A stretch of 26,328 nt of DNA from the IMG/VR virus record IMGVR_UViG_3300046103_000813, positions 1 through 26,328 of that record. One strand, 5' to 3'. Positions 8,284 to 17,386 of the stretch are shown here, piece by piece. The position numbers were made by a program, and so were the translations under genes. Each line of letters begins with the position of its first letter. The stretch's first letter is position 1. The DNA comes from a virus. Lineage: Duplodnaviria > Caudoviricetes. The notes beneath the pieces are model-generated. The model was not told the DNA's origin and did not search any database. It saw only the letters and a list, made by a program, of their open reading frames with translations.

Positions 8284-8637
8284 ATGAGCCAACCATATGC
8301 AAAAGGCGAATATGCTTACGGGTACTGTGACAGGACTGGCTTCAGGTATTCTTTGCGGGATCTTGTCTACGAGGTTCAGAATGGAATAAGGACCGGGCTT
8401 CGTGTGGGAAGGGATGTGTTTGACCCAGACCAACCACAAAACAGCCTTGGCAAAGTTAAAATTTTTGATCCACAGGCACTAAAGAACCCCAGGCCAGACC
8501 AAGGTCTTGGTGAGAGCCGGGGATTTTTTGGGTGGAGTCCTGTGGGGGATGGCGGTGAGGCTCCCGAAGGCAACGGTGCTATGGCCTTAACGGGAGAAAT
8601 AGGAAGTGTAACAATATCAATCGCATCTAGTGGATAG
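8284..8637 (+). CDS. conserved hypothetical phage protein
   Basis: YAKG.YA.GYCDRTGFRY and DPDQPQ...DPQAL.NPRPD motifs; lies between adaptor-like genes. Confidence 0.7.
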   Translation: MSQPYAKGEYAYGYCDRTGFRYSLRDLVYEVQNGIRTGLRVGRDVFDPDQPQNSLGKVKIFDPQALKNPRPDQGLGESRGFFGWSPVGDGGEAPEGNGAMALTGEIGSVTISIASSG

Positions 8638-8642
8638 TTAAT

Positions 8643-9281
8643 ATGGCCTGGACATTTGCAACATTAAAAACGGCTATACAAGATTACACTGACAACAGTG
8701 AGACCACTTTTGTTACCAATCTTCCTACCTTTATCCAAGAGGCGGAAGATCGTATTGTGGATTTGGTTGACCTTCCTGATTTTAGACAAAACGATTCAGG
8801 AAGAATATCTGCTGATAACAAGTACCTAGCACTTCCACCATCTTTTTTAGCTCCGTTTAGTTTAGCCTTAACATCCTCTGACACTGTTCAGTATTTAATA
8901 AATAAAGATGTTAATTTTATACACGAAGCCTTTCCTACAACGACAGCTAGGGGAACACCTGAATATTATGCGGTCTTTGATGCCACTCATTTCATATTAG
9001 GCCCAACTCCAGATGTTACTTACGATGCTGAAATACACTATTTACAAAAGCCAGCAAGCATAACGGCGGGTAGTGCAACTTGGTTAGGCACCAACGCAAC
9101 AGACGCATTACTTTACGGATGCCTTGTGGAAGCATACACTTTTATGAAGGGCGATGCTGACTTGCTCGGGGAATACAAGGAGCGATTTGAGCGGGCCATA
9201 AGAAGATTAAAGAATCTTGGTGAGGGCCGGTTAACTAAAGATCAATACCGGAACGGGAAACTAAGAATACAGGAAAGCTGA
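8643..9281 (+). CDS. putative tail adaptor/tubular protein
   Basis: LKTAIQDYT.N.ETTF...LPTFI..AEDRI, G.PEYYA, GPTPD..Y..E.HY and LLYGCLVEAY.FMKG motifs. Confidence 0.65.
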   Translation: MAWTFATLKTAIQDYTDNSETTFVTNLPTFIQEAEDRIVDLVDLPDFRQNDSGRISADNKYLALPPSFLAPFSLALTSSDTVQYLINKDVNFIHEAFPTTTARGTPEYYAVFDATHFILGPTPDVTYDAEIHYLQKPASITAGSATWLGTNATDALLYGCLVEAYTFMKGDADLLGEYKERFERAIRRLKNLGEGRLTKDQYRNGKLRIQES

Positions 9282-9568
9282 TGTTTGATCTGTCAACTGG
9301 TGCAATAAGAAGTGTTAGTGTTGTCACCTCCAATAATGGGGGGCATACTCCAGAACAGATTACTGAGTTGTGTGTGGATAAGCTGATCCACGTCGCTGAC
9401 TCTGCACCCCCCGCAATTCGTGAGCAAGCCAGGGCTTTTAAGCAAGTGGTCCAGGGCGTTGTTTATAATCATATTAATGAAGCTGTTAGGAATGACCGCC
9501 TAACTGTAAAGGCTCATTTAGAGGATTTAGGCTACTCTGAGATAGCCAAGCATATAGGAGAATTATAA
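9281..9568 (+). CDS. hypothetical phage protein
   Basis: TGATG/TAATG coupling on both sides; V.TS.NGGHTPEQI.ELC.DK motif. Confidence 0.7.
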   Translation: MFDLSTGAIRSVSVVTSNNGGHTPEQITELCVDKLIHVADSAPPAIREQARAFKQVVQGVVYNHINEAVRNDRLTVKAHLEDLGYSEIAKHIGEL

Positions 9569-9999
9569 TGGCTATTTCGCAAGCGATGTGCAGTAGTTTT
9601 AAAACCCAGTTGTTGACAGGCACCCACAACTTTACGAACAGTTCTGGTAATGCGTTCAAGATGGCTTTGTACACAAGCAGCGCAACTCTTAGTGCTGCTA
9701 CAACTGCGTACACAAGTAGCAACGAGGTTTCTTCTACAAACTACACAGCCAAGGGAGGGGCGTTAACAAACGTAACCCCTTCAAACGGCAGTGGAACTGT
9801 GGCTTTTACCAGCTTTAGTACCCTTACCTTTAGTACAGTTACATTTACAGCCAGGGGAGCGTTGATACACAATACTTCTTCGGCTGATAAGGCGGTTTGT
9901 GTTCTTGACTTCGGGGCAGACAAAACATCAACGGCTGGGAACTTTACTATTACTTTCCCAACAAATGATGCGAGTACGGCTGTTATCAGGATAGTCTAA
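9568..9999 (+). CDS. putative tail/virion structural protein
   Basis: RBS GGAG; MAISQAMCSSFK..LL.GTHNF...FKMALYTSSATL.A.TTAY...VLDFG.DKTST.G.FTI.FP is typical of a small virion beta protein. Confidence 0.7.
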   Translation: MAISQAMCSSFKTQLLTGTHNFTNSSGNAFKMALYTSSATLSAATTAYTSSNEVSSTNYTAKGGALTNVTPSNGSGTVAFTSFSTLTFSTVTFTARGALIHNTSSADKAVCVLDFGADKTSTAGNFTITFPTNDASTAVIRIV

Positions 10000-10340
10000 T
10001 GGCGAATGTCAACGGCTGGGGTAGAAGCACCTGGGGTGACGGCACTTGGGGAGAAGCAGTACCGTTCGCTGTTTCTGGTGTCACGGGTACGGGAGCTATT
10101 ACTTCAGTAGCAAGCGTTACTGGCGCGGCTACCGTAACGGTAAGTGGTGTTAACGCAAGTGCAGCAATAAACGGCGTGTCTGTAGGAATTGGTAGGGACG
10201 TATATGTCTCAGGAGTTAGTGCAACTGGAAGTGTAGGCGATGTTAATGTGTGGGTGTCCATTACACCATCTCAACCTGATCAGGACTGGGGCGCAGTAAC
10301 AACAAGCCAAACACCAAGTTGGACAGGAATAGCAGCGTAA
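9999..10340 (+). CDS. putative tail protein with GWG repeats
   Basis: TAATG coupling; GWGRSTWGDGTWG N-terminus and V(S/T)GV.A.G repeats. Confidence 0.65.
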   Translation: MANVNGWGRSTWGDGTWGEAVPFAVSGVTGTGAITSVASVTGAATVTVSGVNASAAINGVSVGIGRDVYVSGVSATGSVGDVNVWVSITPSQPDQDWGAVTTSQTPSWTGIAA

Positions 10341-10351
10341 GGATTTAGGTT

Positions 10352-12055
10352 ATGACGAGTACATACACAACTGACAACGGAATAGAAAAACCCGCGACCG
10401 GAGACCGTTCAGGAACCTGGGGCACGATGGTCAATAGCAATATGGACTTGGTTGACCAAGCTCTTGATGGCTTTGTTTCTGTAACGGCAGCGGCAACCGG
10501 ATCAACGGGTAGTCCAAACACTCTACCAATCACGAACGGGTCAGTTTCAAACGGTAGAAACCGTATTATTCATATCGTCGATGGTGGTGATCTGGGCGGG
10601 ACAGTCTATTACCAAGTAACTCCCAATGATGCTGAGAAGTGGTTCTGGATTAAAAACGGCTTAACCGCATCTAGAGCGATTCTCTTGTTCCAGGGGACGT
10701 ATAACGCTTCTAATGATCTCGAAATCCCTAATGGCAAGACCTGCCTAGTCAGGTGTAACGGCGCTGGAAGTGGTGCGGTTGTTAGTTACGTGACGGCAGA
10801 CTCACAGGTCACAGGCTCTTTGGCTGTAGATAATCTTCTTCTTGATGGTAACACCATCTCTTCAACAGATAGTAATGGGGCAGTTACAATAACGCCAAAC
10901 GGCACCGGGGATGTAAATCTAGGCGCTGACACGGTGATGATTGGTGACAATAACGCCAACGCTACTTTGACAACAAATGGCACAGGCGATCTCACTCTAT
11001 CAACTAATTCGGGAACTAACGCTGGCACTATCGTCATGCTGGATGGGGAAAATACAGACATCTCTGTAACCCCCCACGGCACAGGCAACGTGAACCTTGT
11101 TGCAGATACCGTGGTTGTTGGTGACTCTGGGTCCGCAGCAACAGTGACATCCAGCGGCACAGGCGATCTCATACTGTCCACTAATTCGGGCACTAATAGT
11201 GGCACGATCACTATTACTGACGCTGCAAACCAAGACATCAGCATTGTCCCTCACGGGACGGGGAATGTTAATCTAACGGCAGACAGCGTTGTTGCCGGTG
11301 ATAGTAATGCAGACTTCACTCTTACAACTTCGGGTACTGGCGACCTTATCCTCAATACCAACACAGGAACCAATGCGGGCACCGTTACTCTGTTCGACGG
11401 CGCAGATGGAAACATAGCGCTTACTCCCAACGGCACAGGCGAAGTCGATATTTCCAAGGTAGATATTGCCGCTGGCGCAATCGACGGAACAACGGTCGGC
11501 GCAGCCTCCGCTAGTACAGGAGCCTTTACGACTTTATCTGCCACCAACAACGTCAGTTTTAACGGCGGTACATTTATATTCAACGAAGCGGGTGCGGATA
11601 AAGACTTCAGGGTTGAATCAGACGGTAATCAATATATGGTTTTCGTGGACGGTGGTAACAATAAGGTAGCTATCGGGACCGCAACGGCCACCGCCACTCT
11701 AACTGTAGCTGGCAGCGTTAAACCTACGACATATCAAGAGACTTATGTAGCGGCTGGTGCGGCTGCAACGATAACTCTGGATTTAGCAACGGGAACTTCT
11801 TTCTCCACGACTATGGACGAGGACACAACTTTTGCATTTAGCAATCCACCGACGAGCGGTACTGCATTCAGTTTCACGTTGATCGTTACTCAGCATTCTA
11901 CGGCTGTTACTATTACGTGGCCCGGAGGCGTTGATTGGGCGGGTGGTTCTGCTCCCGACGCAGCGGGGGATAATGAGGTACAAGCATACGCCTTTATCAC
12001 CCGTGACGCTGGCACCACTTATTACGGGTTCCTTGGAGGCACAGCCATTGGCTAA
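10352..12055 (+). CDS. tail fibre protein with internal 59-aa repeats
   Basis: N-terminal STYT...GIEKPATG..SGTWG..N.N anchor-like segment, P(N/H)GTG.V repeats, and C-terminal LDLATG..F...FSNPP.SG..SFTL...WP..VDWAGG.AP domain. Confidence 0.8.
   Translation: MTSTYTTDNGIEKPATGDRSGTWGTMVNSNMDLVDQALDGFVSVTAAATGSTGSPNTLPITNGSVSNGRNRIIHIVDGGDLGGTVYYQVTPNDAEKWFWIKNGLTASRAILLFQGTYNASNDLEIPNGKTCLVRCNGAGSGAVVSYVTADSQVTGSLAVDNLLLDGNTISSTDSNGAVTITPNGTGDVNLGADTVMIGDNNANATLTTNGTGDLTLSTNSGTNAGTIVMLDGENTDISVTPHGTGNVNLVADTVVVGDSGSAATVTSSGTGDLILSTNSGTNSGTITITDAANQDISIVPHGTGNVNLTADSVVAGDSNADFTLTTSGTGDLILNTNTGTNAGTVTLFDGADGNIALTPNGTGEVDISKVDIAAGAIDGTTVGAASASTGAFTTLSATNNVSFNGGTFIFNEAGADKDFRVESDGNQYMVFVDGGNNKVAIGTATATATLTVAGSVKPTTYQETYVAAGAAATITLDLATGTSFSTTMDEDTTFAFSNPPTSGTAFSFTLIVTQHSTAVTITWPGGVDWAGGSAPDAAGDNEVQAYAFITRDAGTTYYGFLGGTAIG
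10880..11445 (+). repeat. 3 x 177-nt (59-aa) degenerate coding repeat in the tail fibre
   Basis: Pro codons of P(N/H)GTG at 10895, 11072, 11249 and 11426, exactly 177 nt apart; each unit contains GTGDL.L.TN.GTN.GT. Confidence 0.85.
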
Positions 12056-14099
12056 GTCATTTGAAAGCGTTTTTCTGGGTGCTGCTGGTAGTTCCGGGGA
12101 ACCATCAGACGATAAGTTTAACTATGTGTCGTTCATGTCTCATTTTGATGGGGCAAACAACGGGGTAAATAATGCTTTTGATGATGGGTCTACGGGCAAT
12201 CTTACGATTACAGCTAATGGAAACGTAACCCAAGGCAGCTTCAGCCCGTTTTGCAGGGCTGACGGTTACTGGGGTGTGTCTTTTGATGGCACTACAGACC
12301 TTCTACTTGCCGCCTCAAGTGCCGATTTTGCGCCAGGAACGGGAGCGTATACTGCTGAATGTTGGGTTTGGCCGGGAAGAACAAGCGGTGAGAATGGTAT
12401 TTTCGGTTCTATGGATGCGGGTGCTTATGGGTTTGGTATATGGAACGACGGCACAACCATCCACTTCCAAGAACGACAGGACGGGTATGATAGTGATGAT
12501 CCAAGAATAACATCCACAGCACTTGTGCTTAATCAGTGGAACCACGTTGCTATAACCAGACAAACAGGAACCAGCGGAACATTGAGGGCGTATATTGGCG
12601 GTTCTCAAGTTGGTACTGAAACCGCAGATTTACGTGATTTAACTAATACTGACAGTATGAAAATAGGGCATTGTGGTGGAGCAGGAAATGACCACCAAGG
12701 GTTCATATCTAATTTCAGGTATCAAAAAGGTACATGCCAATACCCCGATGGTACAAGTTTTACCCCATCAACAACAGCCCCACTTACTGCGGTTACCAAT
12801 ACCAAACTATTAACCTGCCAGAGCAACCGCTTTGTAGACAACTCTGCGTCTGCTCATGTGATTACACCATCAGGAACCCCATCGGTTACAGCCTTCGGCT
12901 CAATATTAACCTCCGCCGCATATGCCGTTGCTGTGACGGGTGCGAGTGCATTATTTGATAGGGATAGCGATAGTTTAACTTTTACCAATGATGCGGGTCT
13001 TTCCTTAGACGGAGATTACACTTTTGAATTGTGGTTTTATGTAAACAGTATTATTCAAGATGCTCAGTTCCCAAGCATATGGCTTTCTGGATCAACGCAG
13101 CTTTTTTTAAGAGCCTCTAATGATTATATAAGCTGGTACGATGGTAGTGCTGACATTGTGAAGTCTGCTGACGATGCTGTTATTCTAAATCAGTGGAACC
13201 ACGTTGCGGCTGTTAGGTCAGGAGGGGGCACCAACAACACAAGTTTATTTTTAAACGGCGTAAGGTTAGCACAAGCGACCAATACAGACACACTGGGGGC
13301 CTCTTCTGGCACGGCTAGGATAGGAAGTTACAGTGCGACAGGCGGAGATTATGAGGGCTATTTGTCAGATATAAGATTGTTAAAGGGCACCGCTCTATAC
13401 TCTGGGACAACTTACACAGTTCCAACAGCACCACTCACCGCAATTACCAACACCGAATTGCTTCTCAATATGGCAGACGGTCAGGCTATCGACAATTCAG
13501 CGCAGAACCATATGACGTTGTACGGAAATGCAAAAACCAGCACAGCAGCGCAGAAGTTTGGTTCAGCCTCTTTGTTACTTGATGGCACTTCTGACTACCT
13601 TGATATACCTGCTAGTAATAAGTTCGCCTTTGGCACAGGCGACTTTACAGTAGAGTGCTTTATCAACACCTCAACCTCGTCTGCGGATACTGCCTTTCGC
13701 AGAATTTTTATGACTGATGGCCCGTCTGGTAATAATAATGCCAACCCTCAGTTATCTATTAATTCAACCGGCGGGGTAGTAAACGCTTTTAGTAACACTG
13801 GCAGCTTAGACATCAACAGCACTACCGGAGTAGCAGACGGGGCTTGGCACCATATAGCGATGGTTCGCAGTTCAGGGACTGTTAAGTTATATGTAGACGG
13901 AACGTCTGAGGGGACTCCGGCGACTTACACAGTAGATATTAACTTAAACAGTGGGGCACCCAGACCAAGAATTGGTAGTTTTAATGGGACTACAGGTGAT
14001 TTTGATGGCTACATAGACGAAGTTAGAATTTCCAATATGGCTCGTTACACCAGCAATTTCACCGCACCAGACGCAGCCTTCCCAGATCAAGGACGATAG
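12048..14099 (+). CDS. tail fibre / receptor-binding protein with three LamG (concanavalin-A-like) domains
   Basis: Probable TTG start at 12048 (GGAGG at 12035-12039, overlapping the upstream stop) rather than 11931. Three copies of (F/Y)T.E.W/F...W.H(V/I)A..R...G(F/Y)(I/L)(S/D)..R. Confidence 0.82.
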   Translation: MAKSFESVFLGAAGSSGEPSDDKFNYVSFMSHFDGANNGVNNAFDDGSTGNLTITANGNVTQGSFSPFCRADGYWGVSFDGTTDLLLAASSADFAPGTGAYTAECWVWPGRTSGENGIFGSMDAGAYGFGIWNDGTTIHFQERQDGYDSDDPRITSTALVLNQWNHVAITRQTGTSGTLRAYIGGSQVGTETADLRDLTNTDSMKIGHCGGAGNDHQGFISNFRYQKGTCQYPDGTSFTPSTTAPLTAVTNTKLLTCQSNRFVDNSASAHVITPSGTPSVTAFGSILTSAAYAVAVTGASALFDRDSDSLTFTNDAGLSLDGDYTFELWFYVNSIIQDAQFPSIWLSGSTQLFLRASNDYISWYDGSADIVKSADDAVILNQWNHVAAVRSGGGTNNTSLFLNGVRLAQATNTDTLGASSGTARIGSYSATGGDYEGYLSDIRLLKGTALYSGTTYTVPTAPLTAITNTELLLNMADGQAIDNSAQNHMTLYGNAKTSTAAQKFGSASLLLDGTSDYLDIPASNKFAFGTGDFTVECFINTSTSSADTAFRRIFMTDGPSGNNNANPQLSINSTGGVVNAFSNTGSLDINSTTGVADGAWHHIAMVRSSGTVKLYVDGTSEGTPATYTVDINLNSGAPRPRIGSFNGTTGDFDGYIDEVRISNMARYTSNFTAPDAAFPDQGR

Positions 14100-14101
14100 T
14101 A

Positions 14102-14596
14102 ATGAAAATAGCCAGACTAACGGGTGACAAGGTAGGCGAGATTGCAACCTGCCAGTCATTATTTCCAAACACCAGCTTTCCTAAGTCTGGTCCCAACGCT
14201 GAATGGCTTTCGGCTAATAGCTGTGCGGAGGTCGTAACATTCTTGTCCTTTGATAGTGCCACACAGACTTGTGATTCGGTTGAGCCGTACCTTTCAGGTG
14301 GCAAGGTCTATACTCGCAGTGTCACTGATATGACATCAGACGAGACGGCGGCAGTAATCACAGCAGCAACGGCGGCAAAGGCTAAACACCAGCGTTCAGA
14401 CCGTAACAGTCGTTTAAGCGAGTGTGATTGGGTTGTAATTAAAGCATTAGAGTCGGGCACACCTGTGCCGTCTGAGTGGGTTGCATACAGAACGGCCTTG
14501 CGTGAAATAACAACCCACCCCAACTGGCCGCATCTGTCTGTTAGTAATGGGGTTAACCCTTCTTCGAGTGATTGGCCCACCAAACCTAAAAAATAG
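14102..14596 (+). CDS. tail fibre assembly chaperone-like protein
   Basis: C-terminal RSDRNSRLSECDW...WVAYRTALREI...WP..P is typical of phage tail assembly chaperones; directly follows the fibre genes. Confidence 0.75.
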   Translation: MKIARLTGDKVGEIATCQSLFPNTSFPKSGPNAEWLSANSCAEVVTFLSFDSATQTCDSVEPYLSGGKVYTRSVTDMTSDETAAVITAATAAKAKHQRSDRNSRLSECDWVVIKALESGTPVPSEWVAYRTALREITTHPNWPHLSVSNGVNPSSSDWPTKPKK

Positions 14597-14605
14597 ATAG
14601 GGACA

Positions 14606-14875
14606 ATGAAAAAAACTGTGTACCGATTGTGCGGGATAGATGTTGCAATGGAGTTGTTGCGGCCAGAGGCGAAATGGGAAATTTCCAACAGTGTGTTTAC
14701 TCGTTGGGACGACCCAAGACCTTGCCCGAGTATGGAAGAAGTATACGCAGTTATGGACCTATCGAAGAAGTTTGAGGATGAGGTCGATACAATCTGGCTT
14801 CCAGGCCAGATAGAAGATTTAGACAGAGAAGACTCCTTGTTTGAGAATGCTATAGAACCAGAGGTTTTTCATTAA
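14606..14875 (+). CDS. small tail-associated hypothetical protein (XkdW-like)
   Basis: A..LLRPEAKW......WDDPRPCPS.EE motif resembles small proteins found next to tail fibres. Confidence 0.55.
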   Translation: MKKTVYRLCGIDVAMELLRPEAKWEISNSVFTRWDDPRPCPSMEEVYAVMDLSKKFEDEVDTIWLPGQIEDLDREDSLFENAIEPEVFH

Positions 14876-14958
14876 TGCTCTGCTACCTTTTTTTACCAGA
14901 AATTTACAAATTGTACGAACCCACCGTTAACTGGGTTGCTTACTTGGAGATAGTCTAA
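14875..14958 (+). CDS. putative 27-aa micro-ORF (MLCYLFLPEIYKLYEPTVNWVAYLEIV)
   Basis: TAATG overlap with both the upstream and downstream genes; GAGGT at 14861-14865, 9 nt before the ATG. Confidence 0.45.
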   Translation: MLCYLFLPEIYKLYEPTVNWVAYLEIV

Positions 14959-15368
14959 TGTCTAGTCCAGGCTCGGCCAGAAACACAGGGACGAGTGTGA
15001 TGGGTGTTAAGGATACTGTTGTTTGGCTAGGGAGTTTATCCGCAGCAGTCGTTGCTATCGTTGCTGGGGCAGGAATGCTTCTTGATTGGATACCCGCTAA
15101 AGCGGCGGACTTGGAAGATGTAAGGCAAGAAGTTTCTCGTGTGAAGGAAGAGGTCGCCAGCGTAAAAGAAGAAGTTGCAACGATTGGAATGGCTCAACAA
15201 GAAAGCCTTGAACTCCAGTTGATGACACGCCTTGATGTTATAGCAGATCAGATAGATGGAACTGAAGACCCACTACAGCTACAGGGTTTAAGACAAAGTA
15301 GAACTGAGATTAAGCAACGCCTAACCCGCGCTAGAAATAAAATTGAATCTTATATGGACCACGAATAA
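14958..15368 (+). CDS. membrane-anchored coiled-coil protein (holin/lysis-accessory-like, uncertain)
   Basis: RBS GGAG at 14946-14949; one hydrophobic segment (VVWLGSLSAAVVAIVAGAGMLLDW) followed by a heptad-rich region. Confidence 0.55.
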   Translation: MSSPGSARNTGTSVMGVKDTVVWLGSLSAAVVAIVAGAGMLLDWIPAKAADLEDVRQEVSRVKEEVASVKEEVATIGMAQQESLELQLMTRLDVIADQIDGTEDPLQLQGLRQSRTEIKQRLTRARNKIESYMDHE

Positions 15369-15410
15369 TCAGGTTCGTTTCCATCAAAAGTATCGAGTGG
15401 GTGTTATAGT

Positions 15411-17294
15411 ATGTCCTTTACCAAACTCCAATTTCGCCCTGGTATAAACAGGGAGACAACCTCATACACCAATGAGGGTGGTTGGTACGACTGCGACAAA
15501 ATCCGATTTAGATCGGGCGTACCGGAGAAAATAGGTGGTTGGTCAAAGCTAACTTCAACCCCATACTTGGGTACGACAAGGGCTTTACACGAGTTTGTCG
15601 CGTTAGACGGAACTCAATATATGGGTGTGGGCACTAACCTTAAATATTACATTGAAGAAGGTGCCGCTTTAAATGACATAACCCCTATACGCCTAACAAC
15701 TTCTGCTGGGGATGTTACTTTTGCAGCTACTAACGGTTCTGCTGTTATTACTGCAAGTGAAACTTCTCACGGTGCTATTGTTGGGGATTTTGTTACGTTT
15801 ACTGACGCTGTTAGTTTGGGTGGGGCTATAACGGCAGCGGTTCTTAATCAAGAGTATGAGATAACAGAAATTTTAACTGCTAATAGTTACACGTTCACGG
15901 CATCTGCGACAGCTAATGGCTCTGATACTAATAATGGTGGGGGGTCTACCGTTGGGGCATATCAAATAAACGTAGGGTTGGATACAACTGTTTCTGGGTC
16001 TGGCTGGGGAGCGGGAAACTGGGGCCGGTCAACTTGGGGTTCTAGTTCTAGTTTGTTGGCAGCGGGGGCAACGTTAAGGTTGTGGAGTCATGATAATTTT
16101 GGTGAGGATATGCTGTTCGCTGTGCGGGATGGCGGCATTTACTACTGGGATAAATCTTCATCATCTGACCCGTTTGCCAGGGCTGTGGCCTTGTCTTCTT
16201 TAGCGGGGGCTGATGCGACAACCCCAACAAAAGCAAAGGTTGTTTTAGTAAGTGACAGTAACCGGCATGTTATTATTTTTGGGTGTGATCCAGAAAACAC
16301 CATAGGGACACAAGACCCACTCCTCATTAGGTTTGGAGATCAGGGGTCTCTTACTACTTGGCAAGCCGATACAAACAACACTGCGGGTAGTATTAAATTA
16401 GGATCGGGTTCAGAGATAGTCGCGGCAGTTGAGACTAGGCGGGGTGTCTTTGTTTTCACAGACGTTAGTCTTCACTCAATGCAATTCTTGGGTCCACCCT
16501 TCACTTTCGGTGTTACCCAGATTTCAGAAAACATCACGGTAATGGGGCCTAACGTGGTGAAGGCAGTGGGCGATGATGTTTATTGGATGGGGCAAAGGGA
16601 TTTTTATACTTATGGCCCGCAGGGTTTAAGGAAACTTAACTGTACTGTAAAGGCGTATGTTTTTAATGACTTCAACGTATCTCAATCACAAAAGTTTTTT
16701 TGTGGATTAAACAGTTCATTCGACGAGGTGATGTGGTTCTACTGTTCATCTGGAAGCGACGAAATAGATAGGTATGTAACGTACAACTATAGAGATGATA
16801 TATGGTATGTAGGCACATTAGAAAGAACAGCTTGGGTTGACCGGGGAATAGAGCCGTACCCTATTGCCGCAGGGACTGATAATTATTTATATTATCATGA
16901 GTTTGGCCTTGACGATGGCAGCACAAGTCCGAGTTCAGCAATAGATTCTTATATAGAATCATCTCAACTTAGCCTTCAGGATGGTGAGAGGTTTGTTTCT
17001 CTTCAGAAGATTATACCTGACCTGACATTTGATGGGTCTACTAGCTCCTCGCCAAGTGCTGTGTTTACTTTAAAAGCAAGGAACTTCCCTGGCGGGGCAT
17101 ACCTTCAGAGCAAGAACAGTACAGTGACTCAGTCTGCCTCTGAAACCTCAACCGTTGTAGAGCAGTTCACTGAGCAGATTAATGTGAGGCTAAGGGGAAG
17201 GTCTTTTGCGCTAAAGGTTGAGAGTTCTGATACGCAAGTCCAGTGGAGACTAGGTTCTCCCAGGGTAGAGCTTAGGCCGGACGGGAGAAGGTAA
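15411..17294 (+). CDS. tail nozzle / packaged-DNA stabilisation protein (P22 gp10-like) with inserted FCCH-like beta domain
   Basis: M.F.KLQFRPGINRETT.Y.NEGGW.DCDKIRFR.G.PEKIGGW start, W...NFGED, DPLLIRF, MQF.GPPFTFG and C-terminal RLRGR...WRLG..R.E.RPDGRR; precedes the ejection proteins. Confidence 0.7.
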   Translation: MSFTKLQFRPGINRETTSYTNEGGWYDCDKIRFRSGVPEKIGGWSKLTSTPYLGTTRALHEFVALDGTQYMGVGTNLKYYIEEGAALNDITPIRLTTSAGDVTFAATNGSAVITASETSHGAIVGDFVTFTDAVSLGGAITAAVLNQEYEITEILTANSYTFTASATANGSDTNNGGGSTVGAYQINVGLDTTVSGSGWGAGNWGRSTWGSSSSLLAAGATLRLWSHDNFGEDMLFAVRDGGIYYWDKSSSSDPFARAVALSSLAGADATTPTKAKVVLVSDSNRHVIIFGCDPENTIGTQDPLLIRFGDQGSLTTWQADTNNTAGSIKLGSGSEIVAAVETRRGVFVFTDVSLHSMQFLGPPFTFGVTQISENITVMGPNVVKAVGDDVYWMGQRDFYTYGPQGLRKLNCTVKAYVFNDFNVSQSQKFFCGLNSSFDEVMWFYCSSGSDEIDRYVTYNYRDDIWYVGTLERTAWVDRGIEPYPIAAGTDNYLYYHEFGLDDGSTSPSSAIDSYIESSQLSLQDGERFVSLQKIIPDLTFDGSTSSSPSAVFTLKARNFPGGAYLQSKNSTVTQSASETSTVVEQFTEQINVRLRGRSFALKVESSDTQVQWRLGSPRVELRPDGRR

Positions 17295-17386
17295 TGCAAA
17301 TATTGTTAAAGCACCGTGAGTTTGCTAATATAATTTCACATTCACAAAACCCAGTATGTATAAGATTGCAGGTTTATTATGTATGA
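17294..17386 (+). CDS. putative 30-aa micro-ORF or gene remnant (MQILLKHREFANIISHSQNPVCIRLQVYYV)
   Basis: TAATG overlap with the upstream gene, purine-rich GGGAGAAGG upstream, and stop overlapping the next start (ATGTATGA). Confidence 0.3.
   Translation: MQILLKHREFANIISHSQNPVCIRLQVYYV

Noticed and set aside
11931-12047. ORF-track start of the LamG fibre at 11931
   Set aside because: It overlaps the upstream fibre gene by 125 nt; TTG at 12048 has a well-spaced GGAGG and a typical short overlap.
10352-14099. Diversity-generating retroelement target/template in the fibre genes
   Set aside because: No reverse transcriptase and no long repeat pair differing only at adenines was seen.
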